Part shown: positions 48,940 to 64,000 of the stretch, one piece after another
Layout: every line of letters begins with the position of its first letter
Numbering within the stretch: the first letter of the stretch is position 1
Source of the DNA: the human T2T-CHM13v2.0 reference genome, Homo sapiens
Assembly: GCF_009914755.1 (NCBI RefSeq)
Contig: NC_060930.1
Direction: 5' to 3' (one strand)
Length of the DNA: 64,000 nt
The notes under the pieces: generated by a model
Told to the model about the DNA's origin: nothing
The model's input: only the letters and a program-made list of their open reading frames with translations
Database searches by the model: none
Translations under genes and position numbers: made by a program

Positions 48940-51900
48940 GAAAGTACAGAGAGTTTCCATATCCCCCACACTCAGTTTCCTCTATTGTTAATATCTTACA
49001 TTATTATGGTACAGTTGCTACAGTTAATTTATGAATATTGATACTGTGTTATTAACTACAGGCCATCCTTTACACAGATTTCCTTAGTTTAAACCTTGTG
49101 CTCTTTTTCTGTTTCAGGATCTCATCCAATACACCACATTATATTTATTTCTTATATCTTCTTAAGTTCTTGGCTTAAGGAGAGTTGAGTTTCTCAGACT
49201 TTCCTTGATTTTGATGACCATGACTATTTCTGTTTTGAGTAGTAGTGTACATAGTTTGTAGAATTACTCTCAACTGAGATCTGTCTGATGTTTTTGTCAT
49301 CATTAGGCTAGGGTTATGGGTTTTGTGGAGGAGGAGGTAAAAAGCCATTCTCAACACATCATTTCAAGGAGATACGCTGTCAATGACAGCACAATTGATG
49401 GTAACCTTAATCCATGACTGAGTTAATGTTTGTCATATTTATCAGCTGTAAAGTTAATGTTTTATGCTCCTTTCCATATGCTATTCTTTGGAAGGAAGTT
49501 ACTGTATGAGGGCCACATTTAAGGAGTGAGTAGCTATGCTTTTATAAGGGCTGGAAATCTACATCAGATATTTAGCTTTCTTCTGCACAGGGAGTTTGTC
49601 TCTTCACTCCCATTTATTTATTTATTCGATTATTTAGGTTATGAGTATGAACTCATGGATATTTATAGTTTGGATTATGATCCAATACTATTTATATACT
49701 TTACTTCTCAAATTATTCCAGCTTTGTTTACTGGGAGCTTTTTTAGTTGGCTCCTATGCTTCTTTGACTGTATGTGTTAGTACTTCCTTATGTTTTGGCA
49801 CTTACAAGTTGCTCCAGGATTGTATTTTTATTCTTGCTTCAGTTCTAGAATTAGGCATTTCTTTAAGATTCCTGTTGTAGACTGAATGTTTGTGTTCCCT
49901 CCAAAATTCATATGTTGACATTCTAACACCCAATGTGATAGTATTAGGAGGTGGGGCCTTTGAGAACTAATTAGGTAACAAGGGAAGAGTCTTTGGAAGT
50001 GGGATTAGTGCCCTTATAAAAAAGACCACAGAGCTCTCTAGTTCCCTTCCCACCATATGAGGATACAAGGAGAAATCAACATTCTGCAACCCACAAGAGG
50101 GGCCTCAGCTCAGAACCTAACCATCCTTGTGCCCTGATCTTGGACTTCCATCTTCTAGAACTGTAAGAAATACATTTCTGTTGTTTATAAGCCCCCAGTC
50201 TATGGTACTTTGTTATAACAGCCCAAATTGACTAAGAAAGTTTCTTTTATTGGAAAATTCTATTAGAAACCACAATCTGAGTACTGGGTGTGCTTGCTAT
50301 TACTAGGGTGGCATTGCTTCTAGGCCCACTCAGCTGACCGAGCAAGAAGATATATGAATATCTACTAAGCTTTGTACCTGTACATCTCTACAAATATTTC
50401 TATATGTATCTGTGTTTATATTAAACTAAACATGAGTTCAGAGTTCATACTGATATCTTCAATGCTAAGCTAGTACCATACAGATTATTCCAGCCCCCTC
50501 CTCATTCTTATCTATAAATTCTCACTCTTGGTTCTCACTGTCCACTTACCTAATTGTTCAATTCTTGTATACATGTATAATGGTCTCAGAGTTGCTAACC
50601 TGTACTCCCATGAAACACAACTTTATGAACTAGAGTACAGGCTTGCATATAGCTTCTTTTACCTGTAGTCTCACAAACTCCACTTATTTCCAAACTCAGC
50701 ACATTTTTCTCCTATCCTTTTCAGTTAGGCTATTTTTGTATATTTTTAATATAGCTAAATTATTTTGTCATAGTCTGCATTTCATGCTGGGATCAGCTGA
50801 CTTCCTACATTAAAAAAATTGTAGACTTTAAGATACAATCTTTTTATTGTAAATTTCTATTTTACAAATTGTTTTCACAAATGCTTAGTGTTTTGTATCA
50901 TACATTATTGTCTTATAGGTTATAGTTTCACCACCCTAAACAATCCCCTATGTGACACTTATTAACCCTCTCCAAATCTCTGGCAACCACTGATCAGATT
51001 ACCATTACCATTATCATTAGTTGCCCTCCCAGATAGTCCAATAAAGAGAATCATGTATTAAATCATTTTCACACTTTGTTCATTGAGCAATATGCATTGG
51101 CATTCATTTACATCTTTTCACAGTTTGATGGCTCATTCATTTTTTATCACTGAATACCATTCCATTGTATGGATGTACCACAGTTTGTCTATTCATATCT
51201 AAGGACAATTTTTTATACCTCCAGTTTTTGGTAACTATAATGAAAGCTGCTATAAACACTTACATGCAGATTTTGTGTGGACATGAGTTTCCATATCAGT
51301 TAGATAAATACCTAGCAGCAGTATTGCAGGATCATATTGTGAGACTATGTGTAGAAAGAAATTGCCAAATTGTCTTCTAAATTGGTTTTGGCACTTTGTA
51401 TTCCCACCAGCAATGAATGTGAGTTCTTATTTCTCTACATCCATGCCAGCAGTTGGTATTGTCAGTGTACTGGATCTTGGCCATCCTAATAGTTGTGTAG
51501 TTGTATCTTGTTTTAATTTGCATTTTCCTAGTCACAGTTGGTTTTGTTCATCTTTTCATATGCTTATTTGCCATCTGTTTATCTTCTTTGGTGAGATTTG
51601 GATCTATTTCCTCCTTTTTAAAATTGATTTGTTTGTTTTCCCAGTTTTTAACAGTGTTTTTGTATATTTTGGGTACAAGTCTTTTACTAGACCTGTGATT
51701 TGTAAATATTTTCTTTCAGTCTGTTACTTGTTTTTCTGTGTGTTTTAAAAGTGTGTTTTACAGAGGAAATGTTTTAATTTTAATAAGGTCCTACTTCTCA
51801 ACTTTTTCTTTCTGGTAGCATACTTTGAGTGTATCTAAAAACTAATCCCCAAACCCAATCTCACATAGATTTTCTCATATGTTTTTATTTGCAAGTTTTA

Positions 51901-52880
51901 TGGTTTATATTTTACATTTAGGTCAGAAATACATTTTGAGTTATTTATTAAGGTATAAGGTCTATATCTAGGTTTTTTATTTATTATTAATTTGTTGCTT
52001 ATGCATGTCCCACTGTTTCAGTGCCATTTGTTGAGAAGACTCTCCTTTCTCCATCTAATTGCCTTTGCGTCTTTGTTAAAAATCTGTTTCTTATGTTCGT
52101 CTGTATCTATTTATGGGCTCCTTATTCTATTAATCTGTGTGTCTATTCTTTCACCAATACTATGTTATCAATACTATACTGCCTTGATTACTGTAGCTTA
52201 ATAGTCATTATTGAAGTTAGGTAGTATCAGTCCTCCAACTTATTTCTCTCCTTCAATATTGTGTTAGGTATTCAGTTTTTTAATATTTTTTTTTGTAAAC
52301 TTCATTAATAGAGTCAGTTTGTTTATACCTGCAAACAAACTTGTGATTTTGTCTGGAATTGCATTGACTCTATACATTAATTTAAGAATAATTGACATGT
52401 TAATAATATTCAGTCTTGCAGTCTATCAAGTAGAATATCTCTCCATTTACTTATGTCTTTGATTTATTTCATCCAAGTTTTGTAGTTTTACACATAGAGT
52501 TCCCTGTTTTTGTTTTTTTCTTTAGATTTTTACATAAGTATTCCTTTTCTGATACTGCTATAAATATTCTTGTTGTTTGTTTTTATTTTCAAATTTCAAT
52601 TGTTCATTACTGGTATATAGTAAAACACTTGCCTCTAGAATATTAACTTTGTATCCTATGGCCTTTCTATACTCAGTAATTTCAGGAGATTTTCTGTAAA
52701 TTGTTTGAAGTTGTTTACATAGACAATCATGTTATCTGTAAGTAAAAACACTTTTTTCTTTTCAATCTGTAAATATTTTACTCCTTTTTCTTGTCTTATT
52801 GCAACAGTGAGCTCTTCCAGTATGACTTAAATAGGTGTGGTGAAAGAAGACCACCTTGCTTTGTTCCAGATTGTAGATGG
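48940..52880 (-). mobile_element. Old L1MC/L1MD 3' region, interrupted by a MaLR LTR
   Basis: T-rich antisense L1 phrases (tttccttgattttgatgacc, ccattgtatggatgtaccacagttt, cttccagtatga). Confidence 0.75.
49873..50238 (+). mobile_element. MLT1A0/MSTD-type LTR
   Basis: tgttgtagactgaatgtttgtgttccctccaaaattcatatgttga...ttgttataacagccc...gactaaga. Confidence 0.85.
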
Positions 52881-53092
52881 AAATCATTTTTATGACTGAA
52901 AGCTCATTGTAGAATTTGTGTGCCACAACTTCTTGCGCTTCTAATACAATTTTTTAAATAATAAAGTCACCCAATTCATTGAGAAAATTTATAGCACAAA
53001 ACGATTTTCCTACGAGGGCAATGGAGAAAGAAACTCTATTGTTAAGACACTGGGAAAAAATACAGTTATCTGTGGTCAGCTGAATGGAGTGA

Positions 53093-53403
<311 letters not shown>

Positions 53404-53999
53404 TGAGTTGCTTCTTAATATTCTACTCTTGTTATATTTTATTCGTGAGATATATTTATTCCTACTTTATTTTTAATACTTTCTGTTAAACAAGTGGTGA
53501 CAATGATTTTCCCACATGACAAACATTTATTCTTATATTTAAAAAATGAATCATAAAAGTTAGCAGAGAGGTATTTTGTTGGCATTATTTTTAAATAATG
53601 TTGTTTCTTTCTGATCATTGAAAAAACATATTTTATGCTCTATTTTGTTCTATCAAATTAGCTACTTTGGGAACATATGTAAACACAAAAACGTAAAAAG
53701 TTATAACAAATATTTTATGTTTCATCTCCCTAATGGTAATTCAGTGTTTAACAATCTAGTGTATTTTTACAAATATTTTATATAAATACACACATCTACA
53801 CACACAAACTTTTATATAATTGAAACTATAATTGTTCTTATATATTTTATATATTTAATACTTAGGAATTTTCCACAACTTTGCTTCTGAAGAAAGATAA
53901 ATTTTAATGGCTTCCTAACATTTTATCATATGAATGTGCTAGAACGACTTAGTCTTTTTTATTATTGCATATTTGTTTTTTCTCAAAAAAGTACAATGC

Positions 54000-55395
54000 A
54001 GCAAGTGGCGTTGAGAAAACTGCATATCCACATGCAATAAGAATAAAGTTGGATCATTATGTTACATTATATGCAAAAATCAACTCAAAATTCATTAAAG
54101 ACTTAAACATAAGTCCTGAATCATAAAGCTTCTAGAAAAAAACATAGGGGAAAAGCTCCTTGACATTGGCCTTAGCAATGATTTTTTTGAATATGACACT
54201 AAAAGCATAAGCAACAAAAGCAAAAATAAACAAATGGAACTATGTCAAAATAAAAAGCTTCTGTATAGTGATGGAAAAATCAACAAAATGAAAAGGCAAC
54301 CTTTGGGTTTGGAGAAAATATTTGCAAACCATACATCTGATAAGGGATTAATATCCAAAATATACAAGGAACTCACACAAGTCAATAGCAAAAAAAATCA
54401 AATAATTCAATTAAAAAATGGGCAAAGGACTTGAACAGATATTTTTCAAAGAAGGACATATGAATGACCAATAGATATCTACAAAGGTGCCCAAAATTAT
54501 TAATTACTAAGAAAATGCAAATCAAAACCACATTGAGCTATCACCTCATGCCTATTAGAAAGGCAATTATGAAAAAGAGAAGAGATAACATCTTGGCAAG
54601 GGTATGGAAAAAAGAGAACTCTTGTACACCGTGGGTGATAATGTAAAATGGTACAGCCATTATGGAAAACAGTATGGAGGTTCCTCAAAAAAAAAATAAA
54701 AAGAACTACCTTATAATGCAAGAATCCCTCTTTTGGACATATCTCCAAAGAACATGAAGTCAGTATCTGAAAGAGATGCCTGTGCTCCCATACTCACTGC
54801 AGCATTACTCATTATAGCCAATATATGGAAACAACCTGTGTCAATCAACAGATGAATTGAAAAAGAAATTGTGATATATATATATCATATGTATATCATA
54901 ATAATATATGAATATTATTCACTCTTAAAAAAGAAGGTGTTTGTGACAACGTGAATGAACTTGGAAGATATGATGCTAAGTGAAATAAGCCAGATACAGA
55001 AAGAAAAATAGTGCATTCTTTCACTTGTATGTGGAATCTAAAAAAGCCAAACACATAGAAACAGGAAGTAGAATGGTGGTTACCAGGGTCTGGGTGTGGG
55101 GGAAGTGAGAAGATGTTGGTCAAAGTGTACAAAGTTGCAGTTATCTAGGATGAATAAGCCAAGAGATATAATGTACAACGTGATGACTACAGTTAATAGT
55201 ATTGCATTGTATACTGAAAATTAGCTAGGAAAGTAGAATTCAGGTCTTCTCACCACAAAAAATGGTAACTGTGGGGCAATGGATATGTTAACTTGCTTAA
55301 CTGCGGTAATCATTTTACTGTGTATATGTATATCAAAACATCATGTTGTACACCTTAAATATGTAAGATTTTTATTAAAAACAGTAATTAAAAAA
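54000..55395 (+). mobile_element. L1MA (MA6-8-like) 3' end
   Basis: ORF2 C-terminal peptide (KINKMKRQP...[21 protein letters not shown]) and L1MA 3' UTR. Confidence 0.88.
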
Positions 55396-56139
55396 CTCAA
55401 AATATCTCTATGTGTTTCATGTCAAAATTTTCAATTTCTTATATGGCTTTGTAGAGATAAAAATATAGAATCCAAGTGCATAAGCATTTTCAAAACTCTG
55501 GGTAGATTTTAACAAATTATTTTCTATTTAGAAGGGTTAGATCAATCTGTATTTCATATAAAACTAGTACATGAGGTATTTTGTTAAATCTAATTCAAAA
55601 TTAGGTAGCATCACTAATAAAAAGGGTAAAAGTATCTTTGCCAATCTAATAGTCAGGAATGGTATTTTATTTTGATTTACATCTTAGATCTAACTGAATC
55701 TTCTTGAGGTTTATGTTTTGCTTTTTTTTCTGGCATGGGTTTAGGGCTTCCCTTTTCCACTTTTAGAAGGTCTTTTTTAAAGAGATGAAGTGTTTAGCTT
55801 AGAATGAGTATGCATATTTTATCCATCTTCCCACTCGCCTTTTACATTTATGGCCATTTATCAGGAAGCAGTTAATTAGTGTAAACTGACCCTTTCCTCT
55901 GCACATCTTCTACATCATTCATTGCTTTTAAGCTTACATCATTCATTGCATTAACTGATTTTTACCCGGTTAGAGATCACTTGTGTTTTCATCTTTTAAA
56001 AATAGCCTTATTTGTAAACTTCAACCAGAAGTTTGTTATAAGATGAATATTTAAATTCTTTTTAAGGTACATACTTAACTTAGTATTTGAGCAGTATCTT
56101 TGGAAGAATTCTGTCAAATTATACATATGTGTGTGTGTA

Positions 56140-56512
56140 TGATATGGTTTGACTGTGTCCCCACTCAAATCTTATCTTGAATTGTAGTTCCCATAATCCC
56201 CACATTTATGGGAGAAACACTATGGGAAGTAATTAAACCATGGGGGTGGTTACCCTCATGCTGTTCTCGTGATAGTGAGTGCGTTCTCATGAGATCTAGT
56301 GGTTTTATAAGAGGCTTTTTCCCCTTTTGCTCATATATCTCCTTGATGTCACCATGTGAAGGAGGACATGTTTGCTTCCCCTTCCGCCATAATTGTAAGT
56401 TTCCTGAGGCCTTCCCCGCCATGCTGAACTGTGAGTCAAGTAAACTTCTTTCCTTTATAAGTTACCCAAACTTGGGTATATCCTTATAGCAGTGTGAGAA
56501 TGGACTAATACA
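56140..56512 (+). mobile_element. THE1 (C/D-type) solo LTR
   Basis: tgatatggtttgactgtgtcccca...gaatggactaataca. Confidence 0.92.
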
Positions 56513-57761
56513 CTATATGTGTGCTTGCATTTGCATGTTTTCATTTCTTCCATTTCATTAATCTGCCTGTCGGTTTTCATATTGCCAACATATTATGTTA
56601 ATTATTATAATCTCATTAAATATCATATTTTAATACCTTATAGGTCAAGATTCCCATTACCATTCTTTTTTTGATATATTTTCACATTCTTACCTATTTT
56701 TCACTAGACAAAATTTAATTATCATTTAATCATATTTTAAGATGTGTCTTACTGATATTTTAATTAGATATATATATTTTAAATCTTGGTAACAGTTCAC
56801 TTTTTGTATTTTTTTATTAATCTATTTTATCACCCACAGAACACATTCTGTCAAGTATCATCCAAGTAGTAGGCATGGAGAACACACTGGTTAACAATAC
56901 TCTTGCAGTCTACTGGGCTATATCTTTCAGTTTATTCAAGCTTTTAGTAATATTCTGAATGGTAATTTATAATTTATTCTTATAAGTATTTCACATTGTA
57001 TAATAAGACCATTTTATACTTTACAGTGTAAGCTATAATATATGTGATAAATATTGTTTTGACTGTATTTTACACAATAATTACCATTTTCAAATTTTTT
57101 CCTTATTTTCTTTTTTGGCATGTGAACTATATGATAGGATTCATTTGCTTTAATCTCATTTGGTAGTTTGGAAAATGTTTATTTTCTATTTGTCACCTTT
57201 TCAAAAATGTACAATTATCTTTGCCTGGAAATAGGAATTTTGCCACATTTTAATTTCTTCCGTTTATTGTGTTCCTGGCCAATCGTGTATTTTTGTGCTC
57301 TATGAATCTTTTCATTGTTAATAATTTATTTGTATTTGGTAGAACATATTGTCTTGGCTGCAACATGGTTTATTTCTTTACCCAGTCTTGAACTAGGCAA
57401 GAAATATTCATACAGTTTGTTAACAAATTAAATTTGTGACACTTTGGAAAGTTTTTTTTTGAAATAATAATTATTTTTTCTTTATCTCATTGTTTTAGGT
57501 GATTTTAATAGAAAGATAAATATTTTCTACATTCCAAAATATTGCAAATATTTGTGGGTTGAGGCTGAATGTGACTCTGCAGTTACTTATTGGTTTCATT
57601 TTCTGAATTTCATAGGCAAAGCAGAACTTTTGCATTCAAAGAATACAAAGCCCAAGAGAACTGTCATATAGGGGTCTAGTCCCATTGAAAGAAACAGATT
57701 CTAGGAACTCAGGAGAGTGTAGCCATGTCTCAAAGGGGCAAGTGGATAGTGTTTTGTTTTC

Positions 57762-60700
57762 TTTATTATTATTATTATTAATTTTTTTATTTCCTTAGGT
57801 TATTGGGGAACAGGTGGTGTTTGGTTATATGAGTAAGTTCTTTGGTGGTGATGTGTGAGATTTTGGTGCATCCATCGCCTGAGCAGTATACATTGCACCC
57901 AATTTGTGGCCTTTTATCCCTCACCCCCCTCCCACCCTTTCCCTCTGAATCCCCAAAGTCCATTGTGTCTTTATTATGCCTTTGCATCCTCATAGCTTAG
58001 TTCCCACATATGAGTGAGAACATATGATGTCTGGTTTTCCATTCCTGAGTTACTTCACTTAGAATGATAGTCTCCAATATCATCCAGGTCACTGTGAATG
58101 CCATTAATTCATTCCTTTTTATGGCTGAGTAGTATTCCATCATATATACATACCATAGTTTCTTAATCCACTCATTGATTGATGGACATTTGGGTTGGCT
58201 CCACACTTTTGCAATTCCAAATTGTGCTGCTATAAACATGCGTGTGCAAGTATCTTTTTTCATATAATGAGTTATTTTTCTCTGGGTAGACACCCTGTAG
58301 TAGGATTGCTGGATCAAATGGTAGTTCTACTTTTAGTTCTTTAAGGAATCTCCACACTGTTCTCCATAGTGGTTGTACTGGTTCACATTCCCACCAGCAG
58401 TATAGAAGTGTTTTCTGTTCACCGCACCCATGCCAGCATGTATTATTTTTTGATTATGGCCATTCTTGCAGGAGTAAGGTGGTATTGCACTATGGTTTTG
58501 ATTTGCATTTCCTTGATCATTAGTGGTGTTGAGCATTTTTTCATATGTTTGTTGGATATTTGTATATCCTCTTTCGAGAATTGTCTATTCATGACCTTAG
58601 CCCACTTTTTGAGGGGATTGTTTGTTTTTGTCTTGCGAATTTGTTTGAGTTCACTGTAGATTCTGGATATCAGTCCTTTGTCAGATGTATAGATTGTGAA
58701 GATTTTCTCCCACTCTGTGGACTGCCCATTTACTCTGCTGTTTCTTTTGCCATGCAAAAGCTCTTTAGTTTAATTAAGCCCCAGCATTTGCTTTTGGTTT
58801 CCTGGTCATGAAATCCTTGTCCAAGTCAATGTCTAGAAGGGTTTTTTCAATGTTGTCTTCTAGAATTGTTTTTCAATTTTTATTTATTTTTCTCAGATAG
58901 AGTCTCACTCTGTTGCCGTCTCGGCTCAGTGCAACCTCTGCCTCCTGGGCTCAAGCTATTCATCTGCCTCAGCCTCCCAAGTAGCTGGGACTACAGGCAC
59001 CTGCCACCACACCCAGCTAATTTTTTTAGTGTAGATGGGATTTCACCATGTTGGCCAGGCTGGTCTCGAACTCCTGACCTCAAGTGGCCCACCCACCTTG
59101 GCCTCCCAAAATGCTGGGATTACAAGTGTGAGCTAGCACATCCGGTATTGTCTTCCAGAAGTTTTATAGTTTCAGGTCTTAGATTTAAGTCCTTGATCCA
59201 TCTGAAGCTGATTTTTGTATAAGGTGAGAGATGAGGATCCAGTTTCATTCTCCTACATGTAGCTTGCCAATTATCCCAGCACCATTTGTTGAATAGGGTG
59301 TCCTTTCCCCACTTTATGTTTTTGTTTGCTTTGTCAGAGATCAGTTGGCTGTAAGTAATTACGGTTTATTTCTGGGTTCTCTATTCTGTTCTGTTGGTCT
59401 ATTTGCCTATTTTTATGCCAGTACCATGATGTTTTGGTGACCATGGCCTTATAGTATAGTTTGAAATCAGGTAATGTAATGCCTCCAGATTTGTTCTTTT
59501 TGCTTTGTCTTGCTTTGGCTATGAGGGCTCTTTTTTGGTTCCATATGAACTTTAGGATTGATTTTTCTAAGTCTGTGAAGAATGATGGTGGTATTTTGAT
59601 GAGAATTGCATTGAATTTGTGTACTGCTTTTGGCAGTATGGTCATTTTCACAATATTGATTTTATCTATCCATAAGCATGGGATATGTTTCCATTTGTTT
59701 GTGTCATCTGTGATTTCTTTCAGCAGTGTTTTGTCATTTTCCTTGTAGAGGTCTTTCACCTCCTTGGTTGGGTATATTCCTAAGTATTTTATTTTTTTGC
59801 AGCTATTGTAAAAGGGGTTGAGTTCTTGACTTAATGCTCTGCTTGGTCACTGTTGGTTTATAGAAGAATTACTGATTTGTGTACATTGATTTTGTATCCA
59901 GAAACTTTGCTGAATTCTTTTATCAGTTCTAGGAGCTTTCTGGAGGAGTCTTTAGGGTATTTTAGGTAAATAATCATGTCATCAGCAAACAGTGACAGTG
60001 TGACTTCTGCTTTACCAATTTAGATGCCCTTTATTTCTTTCTCTTGTCTGATTGCTCTGGCTAGGACTTCCAGTACTATGTTGAAGAGGAGTGGTGAGAG
60101 TGGGCATCCTTGTTTTGTTCCAGTTCTCAGAGGGAATGCTTTCAACTTTTCTCCATTCAGTGTTATGTTGGCTGTGAGTTTGTCATAGTTGGCTTTTATT
60201 ACATTGAGGTATGTCCCTTGTATGCTGATTTTGCTGAGAGTTTTCATCATAAAGGGAGGCTGGATTTTGTCAAATGCTTTTTCTGCATATATTGAGATGA
60301 TCATGTGATTTTTTGTTTTTGGTTCTGTTTATGTGTTGTATCACATTTACTGACTTGCATATGTTAAACCATCCCTGCGTCCCTGGTATGAAACCCACTT
60401 GATCATGATGGATTATCTTTTTGATATGTTGTTGGATTTGGTTAGCTAGAATTTTTTTAAGGATTTTAGCATCTATGTTCATCAGGGATATTGGTCTGTA
60501 GTTTTCTTTTTTTGGTTATGCCCTTTCCTGGTTTTGGTATTAGGGTGATACTGGCTTCACAGAATGATTTAGGAAGGGTTCCCTCTTTCTCTATCTTGTA
60601 GAATAGTGTCAGTAGGATTGGTACCAATTCTTCTTTGAATATCTGGTAGAATTATGCTGTGAATCCATCTGGTCCTGGATTTTTTTTTTGTTTGTAATTT

Positions 60701-63700
60701 TTAAATTACCATTTCAATCTCACTGCTTGTTATTTGTCTGTTCAGAGTATCTAATTCTTCCTGATTTAAGCTAGGAAGGTTGTATCTTTCCAGGAATTTA
60801 TCCATCTCTTCTAGGTTTTCTAGTTTATATGTGTAAAGGTGTTCATAGCAGCCTTGAATGATCTTTTGTATTTCAGTGGTGTCAGTTGTAATATCTCCTG
60901 TTTTGTTTCTTAGTGAGGTTATTTGGATTTTCTTCTTTTCTTTGTTAATCTTGCTAATGGTCAATCAATTTTATGTATCCTTTCAAAGAACCAGCTTTTT
61001 GTTTCATTTATCTTTTTAATTTGTTGTTGTTTCGATTTCATTTAGTTTTGCTCTGATCTTGGTTATTTCCTTTCTTCTGCTGGGTTTGGGTTTGGTTTGT
61101 TCTTGTTTCTCTGGTTTCTTGAGGTGTGATCTTACATTGTCTGTTTGTGTTCTTTCAGGCTTTTTGATGTAGGCATTTAGGGCTAAGAACTTTCCTCTTA
61201 ACACCACCTTTGCTGTATCCCAGAGGTTTTGATAGGTTGTGTCACTATTGTCATTCATCTAGAAGAATTGTTAAATTTCCCTCTAGATTTCATTTTTGAT
61301 CCAATGATCATTCAGGAGTGGGTTATTTAATTTCCATGTATTTGCATGGTTTTGGAGGTTCTTTTTGAAATTGATTTCCAGTTTTATTCCACTGTGGTCT
61401 TAGGGAGTGCTGGATATAATTTCAGTTTTCTTTAATTTATTGAGGCTCATTTTGTGGCCCATTATATCGTCTATCTTGGAGAAAGTTCCATGTGCTGTTG
61501 AATAGAATGTATATTCTGCAGTGTTGGGTAGAATGTTCTGTACGTATCTATTAAGTCCATTTGTTTCAGGGTATAGTTTAAATCTATTGTTTTTGTGTTG
61601 ATTTTCTGTCTTGATGATCTGTCCAGTGCTGTCAGTGGAGTATTGAAGTCCCCCACTATTATTGTGTTGCTGTCTATTTCATTTCTTAGGTCTATTAGTA
61701 ATTGTTTTATAAATTTGAGAGATCCAGTGTTAGGTGCATATATATTTAGGATTGTGATATTTTCCTGCTGGACAAGGCCTTTTATCATTATATAATGACC
61801 CTGTTTGTCTTTTTTAATTGCTGCTGCTTTAAAGTTTGTTTTGTCTGATATAAGAATAGCTACCCCTGGTTGCTTTTGGTGTCCATTTGCATAGAATGCC
61901 TTTTTCCATCCCTTTACCTTAAGTTTATGGGAGTCCTTATGTGTTAGGTGTGTCTCCTGAAGGCAGCAGATAGTTGGTTGGTGAATTCTTATCCATTCTG
62001 CAATTCTGTATCTTTTAAGTGGAGCATTTAGACCATTTACATACAATGTTAGTATTGAGATGTGAGATGCCATTCCATTTATTATGCTATTTGTTGCCTG
62101 TATACCTTATTTTTATTTTTTTAATGTATTTTTACTTTGTAGGTCTTGTAAGATTTATGCTTTAAAGAAGTTCTGTTTTGATGTGCTTCCAGGATTTGTT
62201 CCAAGATTTAGAGCTCCTTTTAGCAGTTCTTTTGGGGTTGGCTTGGTAGTGTTTCTTTGAAAAAGACTATATCTTTCCTTCACTTATGAAGCTTAGTTTC
62301 ACTGGGTACAAAATTCTTGGCTGGCAATTGTTTTGTTTGAGGAGGCTGAAGATAAGGCCCCAATCCCTTTTAGCTTGTAGGGTTTCTGCTGAGAAATCTG
62401 CTGTTAATCTGATAGGTTTTTCTTTGTAGGTTACCTGGTGTTTTTGCCTCATAGGTCTTAAGATTCTTTCTTTCATCTTAACTTTAGATAACCTGATGAC
62501 AATGTTCCTAGGTGATGATCTTTTTGCGATGAATTTCGCAGATGTTCTTTGAGCTTCTTGCATTTAGATTTCTATTTCTCTAGCAAGGCTGGGGAAGTTT
62601 TCCTTGATTATTCCCCCAAATACATTTTCCAAACTTTTAGATTTCTCTTCTTCCTTAGGAATGCTGGTAATTCTTAGGTTTGGTCTTTAACGTAATCCCA
62701 GACTTCTTGGAGGCTTTGTTCATATTTTTTTATTCTTTTTTCTTTGTTTTTGTTGGATTAGTTTAATTAGAACACCTTGTTTTTGAGCTCTGAAGTTCTT
62801 TCTTCTGCTGGCTTGATTCTATTGCTGAGACTTTCCAGAGAATTTTGCATTTCTATAAGTGTGTCTATTGTTTCCTGAAATTTCTATTGTTCTTTATTTA
62901 TGCTATTTCATTGAATATTTCTCCCCTCACTTCTTATATCATCTTTTTGACTTATTTACATTGGGCTTTGCCTTTTTCTGGTGCCTCCCTGATTAGCTTA
63001 ATAACTACCCTTTTGAATTCTTTTTCATGTGGATCAGGGATTTCTTCTTTATTTGGATCCATTGCTGGAGAGCTATTGTGAAACAAGTAGAACCTTGTTT
63101 TTTCATATTACCAGAGTTTGTTCTCTGGTTCCTTCTCATTTGGGTAGCCTCTGTCAAAGGGAAGTTCTAATGCTCAAGGCTATTGTTCAGTTCCTTTTGT
63201 CCCACAGGATATTTCCTTGATGTAGTACTCTCCCCATTTTCCTAGAGCCAAGCTGCAGTGATTGTTATCTCTCTTCTGAATCTAGCTATCCAGCAAGACT
63301 ACCAGGCTCTGGGCTGGTACTGGGGGTTGTCTGCAAAGAGTCCTGTGCTGTGAACCATCTATGGGCCTCTCAGCCATGGATACCAGCACTTGCTCCTGTG
63401 GAGGTGGGAGGGGGTAAAATGGACTCTATGAGGATCCTTAGCTTTCGTTGACTGGTGCACTATTTTTGTGCTGATTGGGCTCCTGCTGGTAGCTGGCGCT
63501 TTCAAGAGAGCATCAGTTATGGTAGTATGGGGAGGAACAGGTGGTGGGCAGGACCCTAGAACATCCAAGAGTATATGTTCTTTTTCTTCAGTTACCAGGG
63601 TGGGTAGGGAAGGACCATTAAGTGGGGGCAGGGCTGAGTATGTCTGAACTCAAACTCTACTTGGGCAGGCCTTACTGTGGCTGCTGTGGGGGTTGGGGGT

Positions 63701-64000
63701 GGTTTCCAGGTCAATGGACTTATGTTCCTGGGAGGATTATGGCTGCCTTTGCTGTGTCTTGCAGGTTGTCAGGGAAGTGGGGAAAGCCAGCAGTCACAGT
63801 TCTCACCCAGTTCCCATGCAACCCAAAGAGACTGTCTCATTCCCACCTTGTCCCCAACAACAGCACCAAGTCTGTTTCCAGGCAGTGGGCGAGCAGGGCT
63901 GAGAACTTGCCCCAGGCTACCTGCCTCCCAGCTGTGAAAATAAATAGGACTTTCCTTCTTTTCCCACCTGTGGAGTCTGTACACTGGATTAATACCTTCC
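57762..64000 (-). mobile_element. Near full-length L1PB1-like LINE, continuing beyond the window
   Basis: 3' end taggttattggggaacaggtggtgtttggtta; ORF2 fragments (EN 61471-62073 with ICCLQETHL and GDFNTPL; RT 60020-60304 with [22 protein letters not shown]); ORF1 62267-62563; 5' UTR beyond ~63100; many frameshifts and stops. Confidence 0.95.
58866..59146 (-). mobile_element. AluS with internal deletions, inserted in L1PB1
   Basis: 13-bp TSD ttgtcttc(t/c)agaa (58853 and 59148); lacks the caggctggagtgcagtggc segment. Confidence 0.92.

Noticed and set aside
61471-62073. 200-aa endonuclease ORF (also 241 aa at 37712-38437)
   Set aside because: Fragments of frameshifted L1 ORF2; no evidence of domestication

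Overview
AT-rich primate (most likely human) euchromatic DNA, either intergenic or deep-intronic, and dominated by interspersed repeats: Alus, L1PA/L1PB/L1M LINEs, L2, MIR, MaLR and ERV solo LTRs (LTR12C, LTR18, MER74, THE1, MST, MLT1), and DNA transposons (MADE1, MER6, MER44, Tigger3). I find no supportable protein-coding gene, RNA gene or CRISPR array. The ORF track is explained by decayed L1 ORF1/ORF2, a decayed Tigger-type transposase, GC-rich LTR12 and Alu frames, and chance. The most notable observations are: (1) an orphan ~137-bp alpha-satellite fragment inside a Tigger3 transposon, with templated junction sequence; (2) a MADE1/miR-548-type hairpin with perfectly matched 39-bp arms that share mirrored substitutions; (3) two non-canonical L1 structures, one 3'-truncated just after an internal AATAAA and one with a ~1.8-kb internal deletion; (4) a four-layer nested TE stack ending in a solo LTR12C; (5) a duplicated exon-like unit and a possible minus-strand spliced non-coding exon chain. 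Repeat subfamily names come from recalled consensus sequences, not a database search, and boundaries without TSD support are approximate.
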